Source: Monocercomonoides exilis PA203 (Eukaryota; Protista; Preaxostyla). From it: DNA of 64,000 bases. Below, one piece after another: positions 11,758-26,816 of this stretch. Each line of letters starts with the position of its first letter. Position 1 is the first letter of the stretch. The notes under the pieces were generated by a model. That model saw only the letters and a program-made list of their open reading frames with translations. It was not told where the DNA came from and searched no databases. The stretch spans positions 1,798,001 to 1,862,000 of the forward strand of contig LSRY02000010.1 in assembly GCA_001643675.2 (NCBI GenBank), in the 5' to 3' direction. Both the position numbers and the translations under genes were made by a program.

Positions 11758-14700
11758 TTAAGAAAGGAGGAGGCAAGAACCAGAAAGTGTCCATTCATCT
11801 TCTTCGGAAAGTGGTTGATTTTGTGAAGAAGAATCAGATTCACAGAGCGGAAGTCGAATATTCATAAGAAGTCGTTCTCTTTGCTCATTGATGTAGACAG
11901 GAAATTCAAAGAATCCAGTGCGTGCGTTATGATGGTGTGCTGATGAGGATGAAGTTTGCGATTGAAGATAGAGGTGAGCTGACTGAGATGGAACAAACTG
12001 TGCAAAAGTAGCATCTTCTTTGTGAAGTGATTTTGGAATCCATGCCAATGCAATGTTTGTGTTAAGCAATGAAACAGATGAAGTGCCTGACTCTGCCGGA
12101 GCCATTCCCTGAGACTTCCACACGCCTCCCTGGATTCTCAGCCCAGATACAAAGCACGGCGCACAGCCGCCAACTTGCCAGCCTTGTGGAACAGATGGAG
12201 CATGGCCAGATGATTGCCCGGTGGATGGAACAACGCATGCCTCCATCTTCAGCTCATCCATGGCACAGCTAAGGTTTCGGGCTGTTTGTTGTCGCAGCGC
12301 ATTCAAAAGCATGGCAGGACGGAAGAGTAACCCCAGATCGATGGGCTCTTTGAAAATAGCAGGAAAGCCAGCAGTGGAAGAGCTGGATGCACTTCCGTAA
12401 GGCAAAGCAAACTTTGTAGCATTCTGTGATGTGATTGTTGTGAGCTTCCAGATGTTTCTGGCACGATGGACGGCGCCACGGAGAAAAGCGCTGCATGAAG
12501 CTGGGCCTGAATCCCAGAGTGACTCCCATTTGGCAGGCACAGCATCGACCATGAGTGCCTCGCCTGTCTGGCGCAGTTGAGGAGTGATGGGGATCTCTCC
12601 ATTGATCAGTGCAGTGAGCTCTTTAATGTCGTTGTCAATAGCAGAAAGGAGAGAATATGAGAAGCGCGACTCAATCAAGAAGAACAAGTCAATTGGCGAT
12701 GTTTCAGCAGTAGTTGCCTGTTTAAGTGCTGGGTGCAAAGAGATGAGATTGACTGAACTTTGCTGTGAAGACGAGGAAGATGCCCCCTTTTCAGAGCGAT
12801 TGTTGAGCAGCACATTCCACATTGCAATGATTGGAGACAAAGTGCTCTCCCACGAATCTCTGTCAAATGAACTTTCGTTGCTGCTGCTTCCTTCTCCACC
12901 TGAATGTGAGAGCCTTTTCAACGAGGTTGTGACTTCCAGTGCTTGTGCTGATTGCACTGTGCCTTCGATGTTTGAAGGCAGATGGAACAAGAAAGGCGGA
13001 TCCTGATCAGGAAGCATTTTGAGTGAGTCAATGTATGGTGTGATTGCCTTGGTGGACATGGGAATTCTGGCGTTTTGAAGCGGTGCACCCAAAATCGACA
13101 AGTCATCATCTGCCAAAAGCTGGTTGCAGAACCAGTGTCGAAGATACGACTCGAGCACTTTCCAGTCTGATGGGTTGTCAATCCTCCCACCATACACTGT
13201 GTATGCAAACAAGCCTCTGATAGTCTCCCACGGAATCGCAACAGAAGCACCAGAACCAGCCTGGCGTGTTCTGCTTCCGGTGTTGGCAGAGTTATTCGAT
13301 GAAGCAGCTCGCAACGTTGCATCAAGCTGATTGTCGATGATGTCCACTGCAGACCGCAGATCAGCTGACGAGAATTCGTAAGCCCTGATCCATCCCTGCG
13401 GTACGTATGTTCTCCTCTCCTGCACAACAGCATGCAGCCATGCCAATGCAAACAGGATTCTGGATCGAGCAGATGATGTTCCAGAGAGCCCGTTACCATT
13501 CTCAAAGCGCCCATCCTCTCGCCATGAGTCAAATGTGCGCGCCAAGTTCTTCTTCAGTCCAGGAGGTGCTTCATATGTGATTTTCAGGCATTGTCTAAGT
13601 AACACTGGAGAGAATCTGTCGTGTGCTTCGCTTGTGAGGAACAGGCGGAACTCGTCGTGAAGTGTCGGTGTCAGTGCAGCAAGCAGCTTTTCAAGATCGT
13701 TCAGCCATTCAGGCATCAGATGTACGTTTTTGAGGCAGACCCAGCTTCGCGTGGAAGACACACGACGCAAGAGATCCAGTGCAACGTCTCCTTGTCCTTG
13801 TCCCATGGCAATGGCATGGTAGTTGTCAGCACCAACTGTCCTCTTTGCAATGTCCTCCAGATCGACAGTTGGGTCAATGCCTGGTGTCACTATCATCAGA
13901 ATAGGAGAGGATGATGAGCATTCATTTGCCGCTACATCCACAATCGAAAACGGTGGCGGATCAATTGAATCAACGCCCAATGCTGCCTTCACAAACAACA
14001 AACATTGACTGACAAGACGATCAGGACGGCACGCCTGAACAAGAAGGACACGCTGGAAGAGTGAAAGTGTCGATGCAGATGATGGATCCTCGTCAACTGC
14101 TTTTCCCATGGACTCTCCCACAGGCGATGGAATCGGAGGTGGTGCAGGCAGCGGAAATGCTGTCTCACACTGTGTTGTGTTCAGCCACTGGCTCCACTTG
14201 GAAGCACCAGCAGCTGCTTTCAGCTGTGCCAACTCCTCAAATCGAGGAATGGTACCCATCAGCTGCGCTACGGCTTCTTTCGCCTCAGGAGGCACCCACT
14301 GAGGCACAGAAGAGGCAGAAACAGGGGGCTGTGTGTATCTCCCCAAGAAATGGTCCCATTCACCCGGACCAAAAGCGGCAGGGCAGACAGCATGGACCAA
14401 GTGAAGGGCAAAAGCGAGCCTGTCGCCTTTGAACATCCCGCGGCTGACGGTGATGATGGTGGAGTCGAGGAGAAGCCTGCCCATGTTGGAGATTCGCTCT
14501 GAAAGATCATCAGATGGCGCTGCATCACGCAGGGAGCGAGTGAAGATGGATAGAAACGAAGAATGTGAGTACTGATACATGTGATTCACAGCGGAGAGTG
14601 AAAGAATCAGGAAATAGATTGTTCCTCCAAGCACGGCCAGTGGTCTGTATGCATCTCTCTTGCTGCTCAGCTCAATTTGCAGCTTTGTTGATTCAGCCAA

Positions 14701-17700
14701 TGATTCACTGATGCTTCTGGATTTCGCTTTGGTCTCGTTCAATGACTCAATCAGTGCTTTGTCTTCGAGAATGTTTGCTTCTGAATTGGCCAATCTGTCC
14801 AGTAGTTGCTTCTCCAGATCAGCCAGATCGAGACGCAGCTTCTCTTCCTTCTGCAGCAACTGCGACCGCTGTACTTCGATCGTGGGCTGCTCGTTCTGGA
14901 TGGTCATCGACAGCAGCTGTGCTTCAAGCCCTGCTCTGGTCACAGTGAATGAGATCTCTGACACAATGCCCTGAGCATCGGGGGGGAGCTGTGGGGTTGG
15001 ATTTCGAGTGACAAGGAACAGGCAGAACTTCTCATCCAGCTCCACCAGCTTCTCCCCCAGCTGCACAGCCACTCGGTTCCCTTGTTTTTTGTGCTCGTGC
15101 CGCAGGATGGGGAAGAGCACAGGCTCAATCTGATCCACTTCCTGCACAATCAGCACTTTGCCCCACCGCACCGCCAGCTCCAGATGCGACAGGAACTTCG
15201 GGTCGTTCTGCTGCACAACATCGATCGTCGATGCAGCCCCTTTCTTCTGTCTTGTCTGCGACTCTTCTCCGTCTCCGCTTCCGTCACTCGCTTTGCTGCT
15301 CATCGAAGCAGCAGTTTCGCCTCGGAGATGTGCAATCAGCCAGTTTGTGATGGATGATGAAGGATCGACAATGAACGGAGTGGCAAATGGTGATGAGGAA
15401 GTATCCTGTGCAGAATCCCCTTCTCCTTCTGTATCAGAAGAACTGTTGGCGTTTCCATTTGATGACTGTGTTTTGTTTGGTGCTCCGATTTGGAGTTGTG
15501 TTGTGGTGATGATCATGACAGCATTTTCGATTGACAGTTCGTCAGATGGAAGCCCCTCGCGCTTCCACTCCAGCCTGTCTGCTTCTGTGCACATGAAAGC
15601 TGAATAGTTGAACAGGACTGGGTTTGGTCTGCACAAAAACTGAGGTATTTTGAATGATGAAGCACTCGATTTGTGAGAGGAAGACGACAGCTCGTAATAA
15701 TCGATGAGCCACTGTCTGATTGTGGCCTGCCTCTTGTCTTCTGTTTCTCCAGACAGGTATATCTGGAATGCTGCTGCCATCAGCGCCTGGAGCGGGAGCC
15801 GATCCAGCTCGTCTTGCATCGTCCTGATCTGTTTGACCCATCTGTCCTTCTCGTCAGCCAGCTGCGACAGCAAACGAGATGCTGAGTCGCGCTGCTCTTT
15901 GATCTTCCCCAGCTTCATCTCCAGCCGCACTGCATCCTGCATCTTCTCATCCAGCTCTGTCTGCAGCTTGTTCTGCTCTGCCTCCAACTCCACAACTTGC
16001 TTTCTGCACTGATCCAACTGCACTTTCATCTCCTCGCTCCGTTTCTTGTTCTCCGACGCCATTTTCTCCAGCGGCTCCACTTTTTCAAACACAAACGCGA
16101 ACTTCACACACGCCTGCGCCCACTCCGCCATCGGAGCAACCGCCTTCGATGCTCTCTGTGCAACTTCTGGCTTGAACGAGTTCTGGTTCTTGTTGATGAT
16201 GTCCTGGGCGTTCTTGCGCACGTTGTATGACATCGAGCGTGGGTTGAACTGGGTGATCTGCGTGATTGACCCGCTTCTTCCAAGAAAAGTCCTGATTGAT
16301 GGCCAGGCGGTGTCTGTCACGCCAATCACTGTCAGCACAGCAGACATGATGTGCTTCACAGCCTCAGGAGGATTGCCCATCCCTTTCAGCTCGTTCAGAT
16401 CTGTCTTTGAGATGTTCCCTACTGCTGCTGCGGCTGCTTTGAGGGTGGGTTCGACCTCTGCCAGCTGGTGATTGATCTCCTTTGTCTGCACCGCCAGCTC
16501 TTCTGTCTGCACTTTCAGTTTCTTCTCCAGCTCTTCTGCCTGCACCCGCTGCACACCCACCACCTGCACCTTCTGCTGGATCCGCTCCAGCAGCTGCTTG
16601 CATTCCTTCTGTCTCTTCCCGACCTCTTTTCCTTGAATCTCTGCTTCTTTCGACAGCGCATCAACTGTCTCGTTGGCAGACTGCAACTTCTCCACACCCG
16701 CTGCCAGATGCTTATGAGCTCCTTCACGCATCGCCATGCGCTCTTTGTAGATGCCACAGAAGCCGTTCAGCAGGCGCACAAAATCACGGGGACATCCTCT
16801 GCTCTGGTTGCGTGAGGAGGCTTTGGTTGTCTTTTCTCCGCTGTCGAAGTCGGTTGACTGTCGAAGATGGATGGAAAGACACAGGCGGGTGAGTGTGCTT
16901 GGAGTGGGGACAGGCAATTGTGACATAAGAGATGCTGATTGGATTGAGTCATCAGAAGAAGACGAAGAAGTGTCTGCCTTTGCTGCTTTGTTATGAGAGA
17001 TCGTTCTGTAAAGAGGTGCAAGTAGCGAGTCAGCCACGCTCCGCATTGATGCAAAACTCCATTCACCCAGCCACATAACATTCGCCCGTGTGAATAGCGC
17101 TGGATAAGCAGACAGCCGCCGCTCGAAGTCAGCTGAAGAGCTATCAAATGACAGTACAACGTGCAAGTTCCGCCTCAGTCTGGCTGCAACAATCGCTTCG
17201 AGCCTTCCTTTGGGATCGCGATAGGATAGAGTGAGGAACGCCTTCTGGAGAGAGGCAATGGCAGGAGAGACAGGTGCCACAACTGCAGAAGACGCAGCTG
17301 ATGATGATGCACTTGTGGAAGAATGGGCTGCTTTCTTCTCGTCTGCATTCTGACTCCCACCAGCGCCAGTGCTGTTTATGTTGCTTATCAGCTTCTTTCC
17401 TGTGTCGACTTCTTCTTCCAGCGCTTCCTTCAGCTGCTCTCTCAGCAATTCCATCTCTTCAGGCGAGTAAAGTCCATGCACATCCTGCGACTGGATAAGA
17501 GTTGTTGCAAAGTCAAGCAGCATCCCACCAGTTCCTGGCTGTCTGGCGTGTGAGTCTTCAATGAATAGACATGCTCCTTCGTTCTCCACCACACAACACT
17601 GCACAACTGTCCGGAAAAACGCCTTCAGCGCCTTGGCATCGAACCACTGGCCAACAGTTGGGGTGAACAGCCTCAGTCCGTGTGACGATCCAACCACTTC

Positions 17701-20700
17701 AACAAGAGTGCGCCTTCCCACGCCGCATTTCCCAGCCATCAGAACAGACGTGCCTGGCCACGAAAGCAGCCGGTCGAGATGGGCCATGTGCTCCACCCAC
17801 TCGTCGAAAAGCACAACATCCAAGTCCCTCACATTCCGCTCGTACTGTGAAATAGCCTTCTGCCCGTGTTTTCTGCAGCTCGCGCGCCAACATGCTCCGA
17901 TCCCGATGCGCTTGTGAACAACGCTGCTGGGCCATCCGTTGTACCACGAGCCAAAATACAGCTGTTCCTGTTCAGAGGATGATGATGCTGCTGCTGAAGA
18001 GGAACGAGATGGCACTGGACTGCTCCCGAGAAGAGCACGCGAAATCAATTGGAATGCACACTTCCATGAGGGAATCGCTCCAAAGTGCTTCTCTGCGATT
18101 TTCACAAGCTCCTTTTCAAACCTCGATGCATCTGAATTTGACGAGTGTTCAGCTGTCTGCAGAAGCGATGCAACAGACGAATCAGCATTTCCATCTCCCT
18201 TTCGTTGTGCTTCTTTGGCACTGCTCAACTTCACAGAATTGTCCAATCGATCGCGGAAGATGCGAAGTGCTTCGTGTGCCCAGCTGGTGAGGATGCTGAG
18301 TGTGTCTGCATCTTCTCCGTCTTTGCACCCCTCTGCACAGCTCGCAACAGCTGCGTCACCGTCTGCAAGCCGCACAGCCACATCTGCCAGTTCTGAGGAG
18401 CGGAGATCACAGCGCATCAGTCCGATGACCCATCGTGTGAGATCGCGAGGAGTGAAGACGTAGTGTGTGTGGGAAGCAGTTGTGAACAGCCTCTGCACGA
18501 TGCTGTACACATTCACCATTGCAGATGCTATCTGCCCGCAGGAAAGGCTCTCGTGGCGCATGCCTCCAAAGATAGTCTTGACCATCTCTTCATACACACG
18601 ACGTAAGGACGATGTGGACGGATATGGCACAGCAGCCACTTGTACATTCGCAGTGAATCGAGGAGGTAGTGGTGATGCTGCTGTGTCTGTGACAGCCGAA
18701 GAGTCAGCCACGACAACAGTGACAATCAGCTCCACACCTTCAATCCCTGTCCACTCGAGGTCGGTGTCGTAGAAGCCGTTGTATGTGACCAGCTGCTGTG
18801 CAAATGCCACCACTTCGACAGTGTCGTACTTGTCCCCGCGAGGCAGATGCAGATCAGACAGAAACAAGACCAGGCGGTCTCCGCGCTTCGGCTTGAGCAC
18901 TCGGCCGTGTGCTGTTGAGAAGACTGCGCAGTGCTGCTTCAGCGACGACACAACTTGAGTCGAGCTTGTTTGTGAGGAGCAGTTCACTTCAGCCACTTCT
19001 ACTGTTCCCATCGAACTCAAAACATCCTTCAACAGCATGTGCTTCCCTGCTCCCTCTGGACCAACAAGAATAAAATGTGATCCTCTCTTCATCCACGGCA
19101 TAAACAGCCGCTTGTTCATGCATACCTCCGCAGTGTTGATCAGCAAATCGCTGGTTTCTGCGCTCTGCACTTGCTCCAATGTTGGCGTCTTGCACGAGTT
19201 TTTCAATCGCACCAGTGATTTTCCGTCTGGTGACAAGTCCACAGCAAGCGGGGGTTCTCCTTCTGGTAGCCCACCCTCAGGCAGCAAATTGGCCTTTTCG
19301 AAAATGAACTGTGTGAGAGACTTCTGCAGAGATAGGGATACATTTGCACAGAGTCCGCAGGCTAAGCCTAGCGCAAATTCAGATTGTGTGGTTGTTCCGA
19401 TGAGGTGGGAAAGGGCATTGCGGCAGAGGCCAGTCAGCGTGGTGGATAAAATGAGCCCATCGGAGGAGTTTTGTGGAAGAGAAGAAGAAGAAGAAGAAGA
19501 AGCTGACGCAGAAGCAGATGATGATGATGTTGATGGCCCCATCAACCCAACTCTTTCAGCCACAAAGTTGATAGCCGGCAGTCCAATATTCTTCATCCAC
19601 AAGCTGTACTTTTGTTGCATTGCCTTTGGCTGCTTTCTGATCCATGCATCAGCCAGCTCTTTTGTGCCCAGATCTTCATCGCTCAAGAAAATGACTGCCA
19701 TTCGAGAGACAGTTGCAGGTGATGCAAATCTGAGTGAATCTGTCTCAAATATAAAGTTCACTTTCGCACTCGACTGGAACTGTATTCTCTCTCCAGAGGG
19801 AAGCGTGAGTAGCCTGTTATCATCCAGCACCGAGTTCAGCGACTCAATCCATTCTGGGTCAATGTCTCCATCGCACACCAGCCACGATATCACTCCCTCT
19901 GGTTCTCTTGACATGATCCGTGCACGAGAAGTGAGTATCCCATCGTACCATTTCCGGGTGTCGAGATCCAACCTCCCCAGCAGCTGAGAACGTGGAAGTG
20001 CTTTCGGGTTCATCACGTGCTTGTGGAGTGGCATTCCCAGGAAGCCATATGCCTTCTCTAACACCTGCCACAGAGTTGATTTTCCGCAGCCTGATGCGCC
20101 CACAAGCACCACTCCCATTCTCTGTGATGTTGCCTCGTTCAGCTGAAGGATCTTCTCCATCTGCGACTCAATCACCCCAAACTTCATCTCCTCCAACGAG
20201 CGCTTGATGGCTGATTCAAACTCTGTCTGTGAGTATGTGGTGATTTTGGCTGTTGGAAATACATCATGGACGAGCGAGTTGAAGAGCATGGCGTCAGAAA
20301 ATGTCAGTTTTGAAAGAGTGTTTGAGCGGAGCGTCTGGACAACCAGTTCTGCTTCCCTTTCGGGTGATATGAGAGACTCACGAGATGTTGATTGGCTTGA
20401 TCCTGAGGCCTTTCCCTGTTGATTAGACAGAACAGCAAGCTCCCTTTTGAGCAGCACACCTGCCGAGTTGAGTATCACTTTGAGCGAACGCAGCCCCCAG
20501 TCGTAGTGCACCTGCTTTGACAGCTGGTCTTTTGAGAGCTGAAACACATTCACCAGCTTTGAGGCTAAGTTCTTTGCATCTGCAAACCCTTCGCTCAGCA
20601 AAATGACTTCTCCAATCTGCTCGTTGTTCGGTACAGACATCGCAACAGACCGGAATAGTTGTGTAAGATTGTCAGGCAGTTTGGATCTTCCACCATACCC

Positions 20701-23700
20701 TTTTCCGGCGGGGTTCATTGTCACGAAGATGCCGCTGTTCATGTCCACCTTCACCATCGTGCCCAGCAGGTCGATTTCTTCTGTCTGCTCCTTCAGTGCT
20801 CTCTGGATAGTTTGGATCTGCTGCGAAATGGCTGACAGCACTTTCGGCTCCAACCGATTAAACTCATCGAAGCAACCCCACGCACCACACTTGACAATCC
20901 CTCGGAAGATTCTTCCCATCCCCTTCGCATCAATCCCTTCATCACAGTTGAACACAAGCACTTGTCTCCCAAACGCCAACCCCAGCGCCTTCACAGACTC
21001 CGTCTTTCCTGTACCAGCTGGTCCGTATGGATGTCCACCATACCCCAATCGCATGGCCTGTGTAAGCACCAAGAAGCACTTGTCTGTGAGAGGAGTGTGC
21101 ACCAAACGAGCAGCATTTCCTTGATATTCCCATGTCTGGTCAAAGACTGCATCTGCCATGGCGATTTTGACACGCACCGGAAGCGGCAGGTTGCTGCTGC
21201 TGTTTCCATTGCTTTTGCTGCGGGTGCTGCCTTCTTCAGCGTAATAGCGCATCTGCTTGAACCACGTCCAGTCGCTGACTGAAGTTGTGCTTGCGCCGAT
21301 GAGCTGCTCCACCACGTCCATGCAGTGAATGATGTCGAAGATGAGCGACTTGATCTTCAGGTCAGTCAGCGTGTGTGCTGCTTGCGTCAATGAAAACGGG
21401 TTCTTTCCTGCTCTCCTCTGCTCACTTGCTGAAACTGGGTTCATTTCGTCCTCGCTGCTGCTCTCGCTGTCCTTCAGATGGCCAGCGGCTGTGAGGAGAG
21501 ACGCCAATGTGGAGTATGCACCGAGGCGCTGCTTCATCAGCTTCGCCAGCTGCGGAAGCGTCTGTCTTTTGATGGCCTCTTCGCAGAGCTGTGTGAATAC
21601 AACTGTCTCCGCCAGACACAGCACTTGTGACGGGAAGCGACGCACATAATCGAGGCAGCCTTCGGGTGTGCTGATCATGTTGGACTCTGGCGAGGCGAGT
21701 GGGAGTGCTTCTTTGAGGAGCGTCGAGAGGGTGATCTTCATCTCGTCTGTCAGCGCATTCAGCCAGTCTTCGACAGCATCCACCACACGCACTGGATGCT
21801 TCAGCCGAACAACTTCACCAGCTGAGCTGCACATGGCTGTGATGTACTGCTCAGAGACAGAAGAAGAGGAAGAAGATGCAGATGCAGATGCAGATGAAGT
21901 ATTTCCACTGAATACAACACGATGTATTCCCTGGAACAGCTTCTTCAGATGTGCCTGGATGACTGATGGTGTCTGTGCCTGCCCCAGGATCTCCAGCAGA
22001 TCATCATCGCCAATGAAATAGAAGCGAGGGAATTTGTCTCTTTTATCCTCTAGAAACTCCGACAGTGCCTGCTGACATCTGTCGAGCTCTTTCTTCATCT
22101 CCTCAGCTGTTGTCTCCACGCCCACCATGTTGAATAGAGTAGGCAGATGTGAGTCTGTCTTCAGCTGCTCCATGATCCCACGGAACTTCTCATCCACTCC
22201 TCTGAACCTCGCTTGATGTGCTGGAATTGATCCCCGCATGAAGATCGGTTCCAGATACACCCACCTTCGCTGCACCGCACTCAGCAGATGACATCCTGTG
22301 CCCAGCTTCGTCAGCCGCTCTTCCCATTGCTTAGCTGTCTCTGCAAACGGTGCAAAGAACTGCGACTCCTTCATTGCAGACAGCTGTGCCATGCGGTCGT
22401 CGAGGGCAGACAGCACATCCGCCCAGTCCTCCACAAGCGCCGTCACCCGCAGCGTCCCTCCTGCCGTGCAGGTGTGGTCGCTCATGGTGAATGCTGTCTG
22501 CAGTCCCCATCCTTTCACCTCGTCCATCCCCTTCCGGATGTCTGCCTCTCCCTGCGCCCTCTTCTGCAGCTGGATGATCGCATTCCGGTGCTGCTTGATC
22601 GACTTAGCCCGGGCAACCAGATCGCGGAAGAGGAGTGTGGTGGCTGTGGTGCCGTTGTCAATGGCAAGCATCTTGAACAGCGCTGTCCAGTGCTCGTCGG
22701 TGAACTCGTCGCCTCTGATCAGCTTCAGCGGGAGCATCAGGTCTTGGAACAGATCAGCCTGCTTCTCCAAAAAGGAGACAATTGAGTTGCGCACCATTTT
22801 CTCTACAATCGACATTGGAGCTGTTGATCCAGCAGAAGAGGAAGAAGAGGAAGATGAGGCAGAAGCAGATTCTGATTTGCTTTTCTCGTCTCCTTCCTCT
22901 GGCTTGAATAGTGCAATAGCGCCCTTCCATTTCGTGCAGAAGTCTTCGAACATTGCAAGCTTCCCTCTGAAGATGATCCACTCCTGCTTCCCCATCTCCT
23001 CCAGCTCCTCGTTGTATTCCCTGTGTACATTCAGCGCCTTCTTCATCTCTTCGATTTCTCTCATAGGCACCTCAATCTGTGTCAGCTTCTCCGGCGCCTC
23101 CTGCCCTGCCAGCTCGCATTCTTCTCTGATCGCCTCCATTTCCCCTTGCATTCCCTGCGCCCACGACTCAAACTCCTCACAGTTCTGCGCTGCCTCGCTG
23201 ATCGATGCAGCAGACGATAGATCTAATGGTTTCCTCTTCATCGCCCACTGTTTTGCAAACTTGCTCGCGCTCTGCTTCAGCTGTGCCTTTCTTGTCTCCA
23301 GCTCGCCCACCAGTGTCACCCCTCTCTGTTTCAAGACACCTTCTCTTCCATCAATAAGATCCAGAAGTCCATTCCACTGGGACATCGCCTGTGAAAGCTC
23401 TGAATGTGTTGCGTCTTCGTCGTCCAGTCCGATGCCTCCACCAGACATGTGCCCAATCCCTCGTGTGCGTGTTGCTTCCTCCAGCAGCTCTGCCTTCTTG
23501 TTCGCTTCGTCGACAATGCTGCGATATTTGGCAACCTCCTCCCGTGTTGCAATGAGGTCTCCCTTCGACTTCTCCAGCTCTGCCATCGTCTTCGTGTTGC
23601 TCGAGATGCGCTCTGTGCTCTCTCCCACAAATGCCGCCAGCCCCTCTGCGTCCTTCGCAATCGACACCCGCAGCGCAGACAGGATCTCTGCCACAAGCTT

Positions 23701-26700
23701 CGCTGCCTGGTCGTTCACTGCCCGCTGCAGCCGGCTCAGCGACACCACCACAAAGTCCACGTCTTCGTGGTCTGGCCCGCCGCTCAGCTGTTCTGCCCGT
23801 TTGTCGGCGTCTTGAAGCGCCTCTCTCCACTTCTCAGAGGTCGGACACGCCTTCTCAATCACCTCGCGCAAGTCCCCCGCGGCGCCCAGGATGGCATAAG
23901 GAGCGTATTTGTCTCTGAGTGCCTCGAGTTTCTTGAGGGTCCTTTCAGCCGCGCTGAAGACAGCAGCAATCTTCTCAGTGCACATCGTGGTGATGCAGCC
24001 AAAGAGCTCTGGCGCTCCGATGTAGTCGCCCACAACACTCGGCGTCTTCACAAACTTTTGAATCGCTTTGAACAGCGTCGAGCGCACCTCCTGCAGCGGC
24101 GGGTCGTATCTGCACGTGCGCCCTTCGAACACGAGTGAGATCTCCATCTTTCCTTGTTCCTTCAGCACCTCCCCCAATCCACAGGAGTATTGAATGAAGA
24201 ACACTTTGAACAGCTGGTGGTTCCAGTGTGCCTGCCACTCGTCCACGTTGAACCCTTTCTTGCGCAGGCTGTCGAAGGTGCAGATGATGTCGGTGACTTC
24301 TCTGTCCCACACGTCAAACTGCGTCAGAAGCGACGTCGAGCTCAAAAGCGTCACTCGCTCCAGCATCCGCGAGTGCAGACGCCGCAAGTGCACATTCCGC
24401 ACCGCCAGCGCCTCCGCTGCTGCCTTCATCTTCTGCATGTGCCGCTCCTGGTGCACCAGAAATCCCCCTCCTGCCCCAATTCCCACACCCCCCGCGCCGC
24501 CGGCACTTCTTCCAGCGCCCATAAGCTTTTCGTTCTCTGCGATGACTGCCGGCAGGATGTTCTTCTGCTCGTCCATCAGCTGCTCAAAGGCAGCTACGAC
24601 GTCGCTGAGCATCGCCCGCTGTGAGGGGATGATCTGCGTGTGGATACTGTTGTAGAACGATGCCAGCTGCTTCATTTTGATTGATGCGTCGTATGCCTCT
24701 GCTGCCGTCTGCCCCAACCGCAGGACACTTTGGTCTACTTCAAAGCCACTCGACAGAAGATGCCGCAGCTCTCTCACAAACACAATCAGCTTGTCGTTGA
24801 ACACCACCCGCACACTCCACCCTTCTCCGCTTTCCTTCACAAGTTCCGCGCGGCAGGAAACAGAAGACAGAGAAAGAGAAGAAGACGAAGAGGAAGAAGA
24901 AGAAGATGATGATGCTGACGACGAAGGATTGTCAAACAACCTCTGTCTGGCGTATTCGAGCCAAGAGGCAAATGCATCGTCCTGGTGTATTTTGATGGCA
25001 TCTGCAATTCTCATCAGTGCTGTCTGCACCGCCTCTTCTGAGGGAATGCCTCCAAACAAATCGCCAATCAGCGCATATGTCTGCATCGTGCGTCTGTGCA
25101 GCTGCTGAAGGGCGGTGATGCTTTGTATTTGCGGTGAGATGCCTCTGCTGAGCAGCTCTTCGTCTTCTTCGCAAGCTCTCTTCTTCCCTCCAGACTGATC
25201 GCTGCCTTTCCCTTCTTTGCCTGCTGCTGCCTCTTCTCTTTCTTTGATCTCTCTCGACAGCCGATCAAGCTCCTTCTGCGTCTCCCCGACTTCCTCCTTC
25301 AGCTCCCCCAGCATCATCTCCCTCTCCTGCACCAGCTGGTCACCAATGTGTGCCCTCTTCACCAGCAGATGGTACTTCTTCAGCTCTCTCAGCGTCTGCC
25401 GCACTTTCCCTTTCTCGTGGTACAGCAGCAGCTGCTTCAGGCGCTGGCTGACCTGAAACTCCACCGGCGCCAGCTTCGTCCAGAAGCTCTCGATGGCTGC
25501 CTCAAATGCACTTGCCCCAGCATCAGACGTGTCCAGCAGCGCCACCCCGGCGAAGCTGTCGAAGACTCCCTGAAACAGAGGAGCTATTGTGGGTGGAAGG
25601 CGTGCAATATCCTGCGTCCAGCTGTTGGCAGAACCTGCATATTCGTCGCTTTCTTGTTTGGCGCTTGACGATGCTGACGCAGATGCTGATGATGATGACG
25701 ACGATGGTATTCCGTTTTCTTTGTCTTCGCTCAGAAGATGGATGATCTGCTGTAGAGTCAGCCGGAGATTGAGAATTGACTCAATCCGCTGCACAAGCGC
25801 CTCGCAATTCTTGTGAGTTAGCCCCGGCCCGTCCCACTTGTGCTGCTGCTGGCGCGGCCACGTTGTTCCAGTGAATGTTTTGATGATGTTCAGCCAGCCG
25901 TTCAGCGTGTTAATAGACAGCTGGCACATTGCACGAGTGACATTGAATGAAGCGGTGAGAAGATTAAATTCTCGGCGAGTTGAAGAGTTGACGTGAGAAG
26001 AAGGTGAAGTGAAAGATGTGTTGTGTGTTGTCGAAGTGACAGATGAAGAAAGATTTAGTGTCTCGTCTCCTCCATGAAGCAACCATCGTTTTGCTGCAAT
26101 CACAATTTGATTGAGTGAAGCTGTTAGAAGTTGTTCCATTCTTTCTTTTGGATAAGGAGGAATAACTTGAAGGTTCCATAGTGAATCAAGAGCGTTTTTC
26201 ATTTCTCCAAATTTAGAATTAAGCTCATAAAAAGCTATAAGGGACGAGCCAAGTGCGGATGATGTGGCTGGCATAAGTGATGTGAAAATCTCGGATAGAG
26301 GAGATAGTTTCTCAGCAATTAAAAATTCTCTCTAAAAATAATAATAATAATAAATGATTGAAATTGAAGCATCTTTGACGTGGAAGAATGGCATGTTAAA
26401 ACCTTCCTCTTGTCTCCATTTGCTTGTTGAAACCAAGCTTTGAACTCTTTTTGAACTGACATCTTTTGAACTGCAACAAGTTCTGCTTTGTCTTCATTCT
26501 AAAAGCATCATCATTTAATCAGAAGTTAAGTCACTACTGAAATCAATGCATACTAAAAGTTTGTCAATTGGAATGCTTTCTTGTTTTTCTTGTATTTGAC
26601 TCAATCTTTTTTGCACTTGAACTTCAAGTAGTTGCCTTTTTGATTCTTTTATTTGTTCCTCTAATTTTTTGCAAAGATTCGAATAGCGTTCAATCTCCCT

Positions 26701-26816
26701 TTCAACGTTTCCAGACTGGGAAACAGATTCAGAGATTCTTTTTGTCTAAATATTTCAGATACGCAAAAAAATCAAACATTATGCACCAAAAAAGGAAAAA
26801 AACAAACTGTTGACAT
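11758..26816 (-). CDS. DYNC2H1: Cytoplasmic dynein-2 heavy chain (retrograde IFT motor), ~4956 aa
   Basis: AAA1 GPAGTGKTESVKALGLAFGRQVLVFNCDEGID...GAWGCFDEFNRL (dynein-2-type), AAA2 GASGCGKS, AAA3 GPEGAGK, AAA4 AGKCGVGRR, linker FPRFYFIGDDDLLEILG, stalk/MTBD, AAA6 YGGRID. Upstream exons 26816-26808, 26745-26554 and 26498-26403 splice in frame (GT-AG) to the 26331-11758 exon. Confidence 0.95.

Noticed and set aside
11862-26179. Antisense and alternative-frame ORFs within dynein, including the 505-aa ORF 22298-23815
   Set aside because: Shadow ORFs caused by codon bias; no recognisable protein features.
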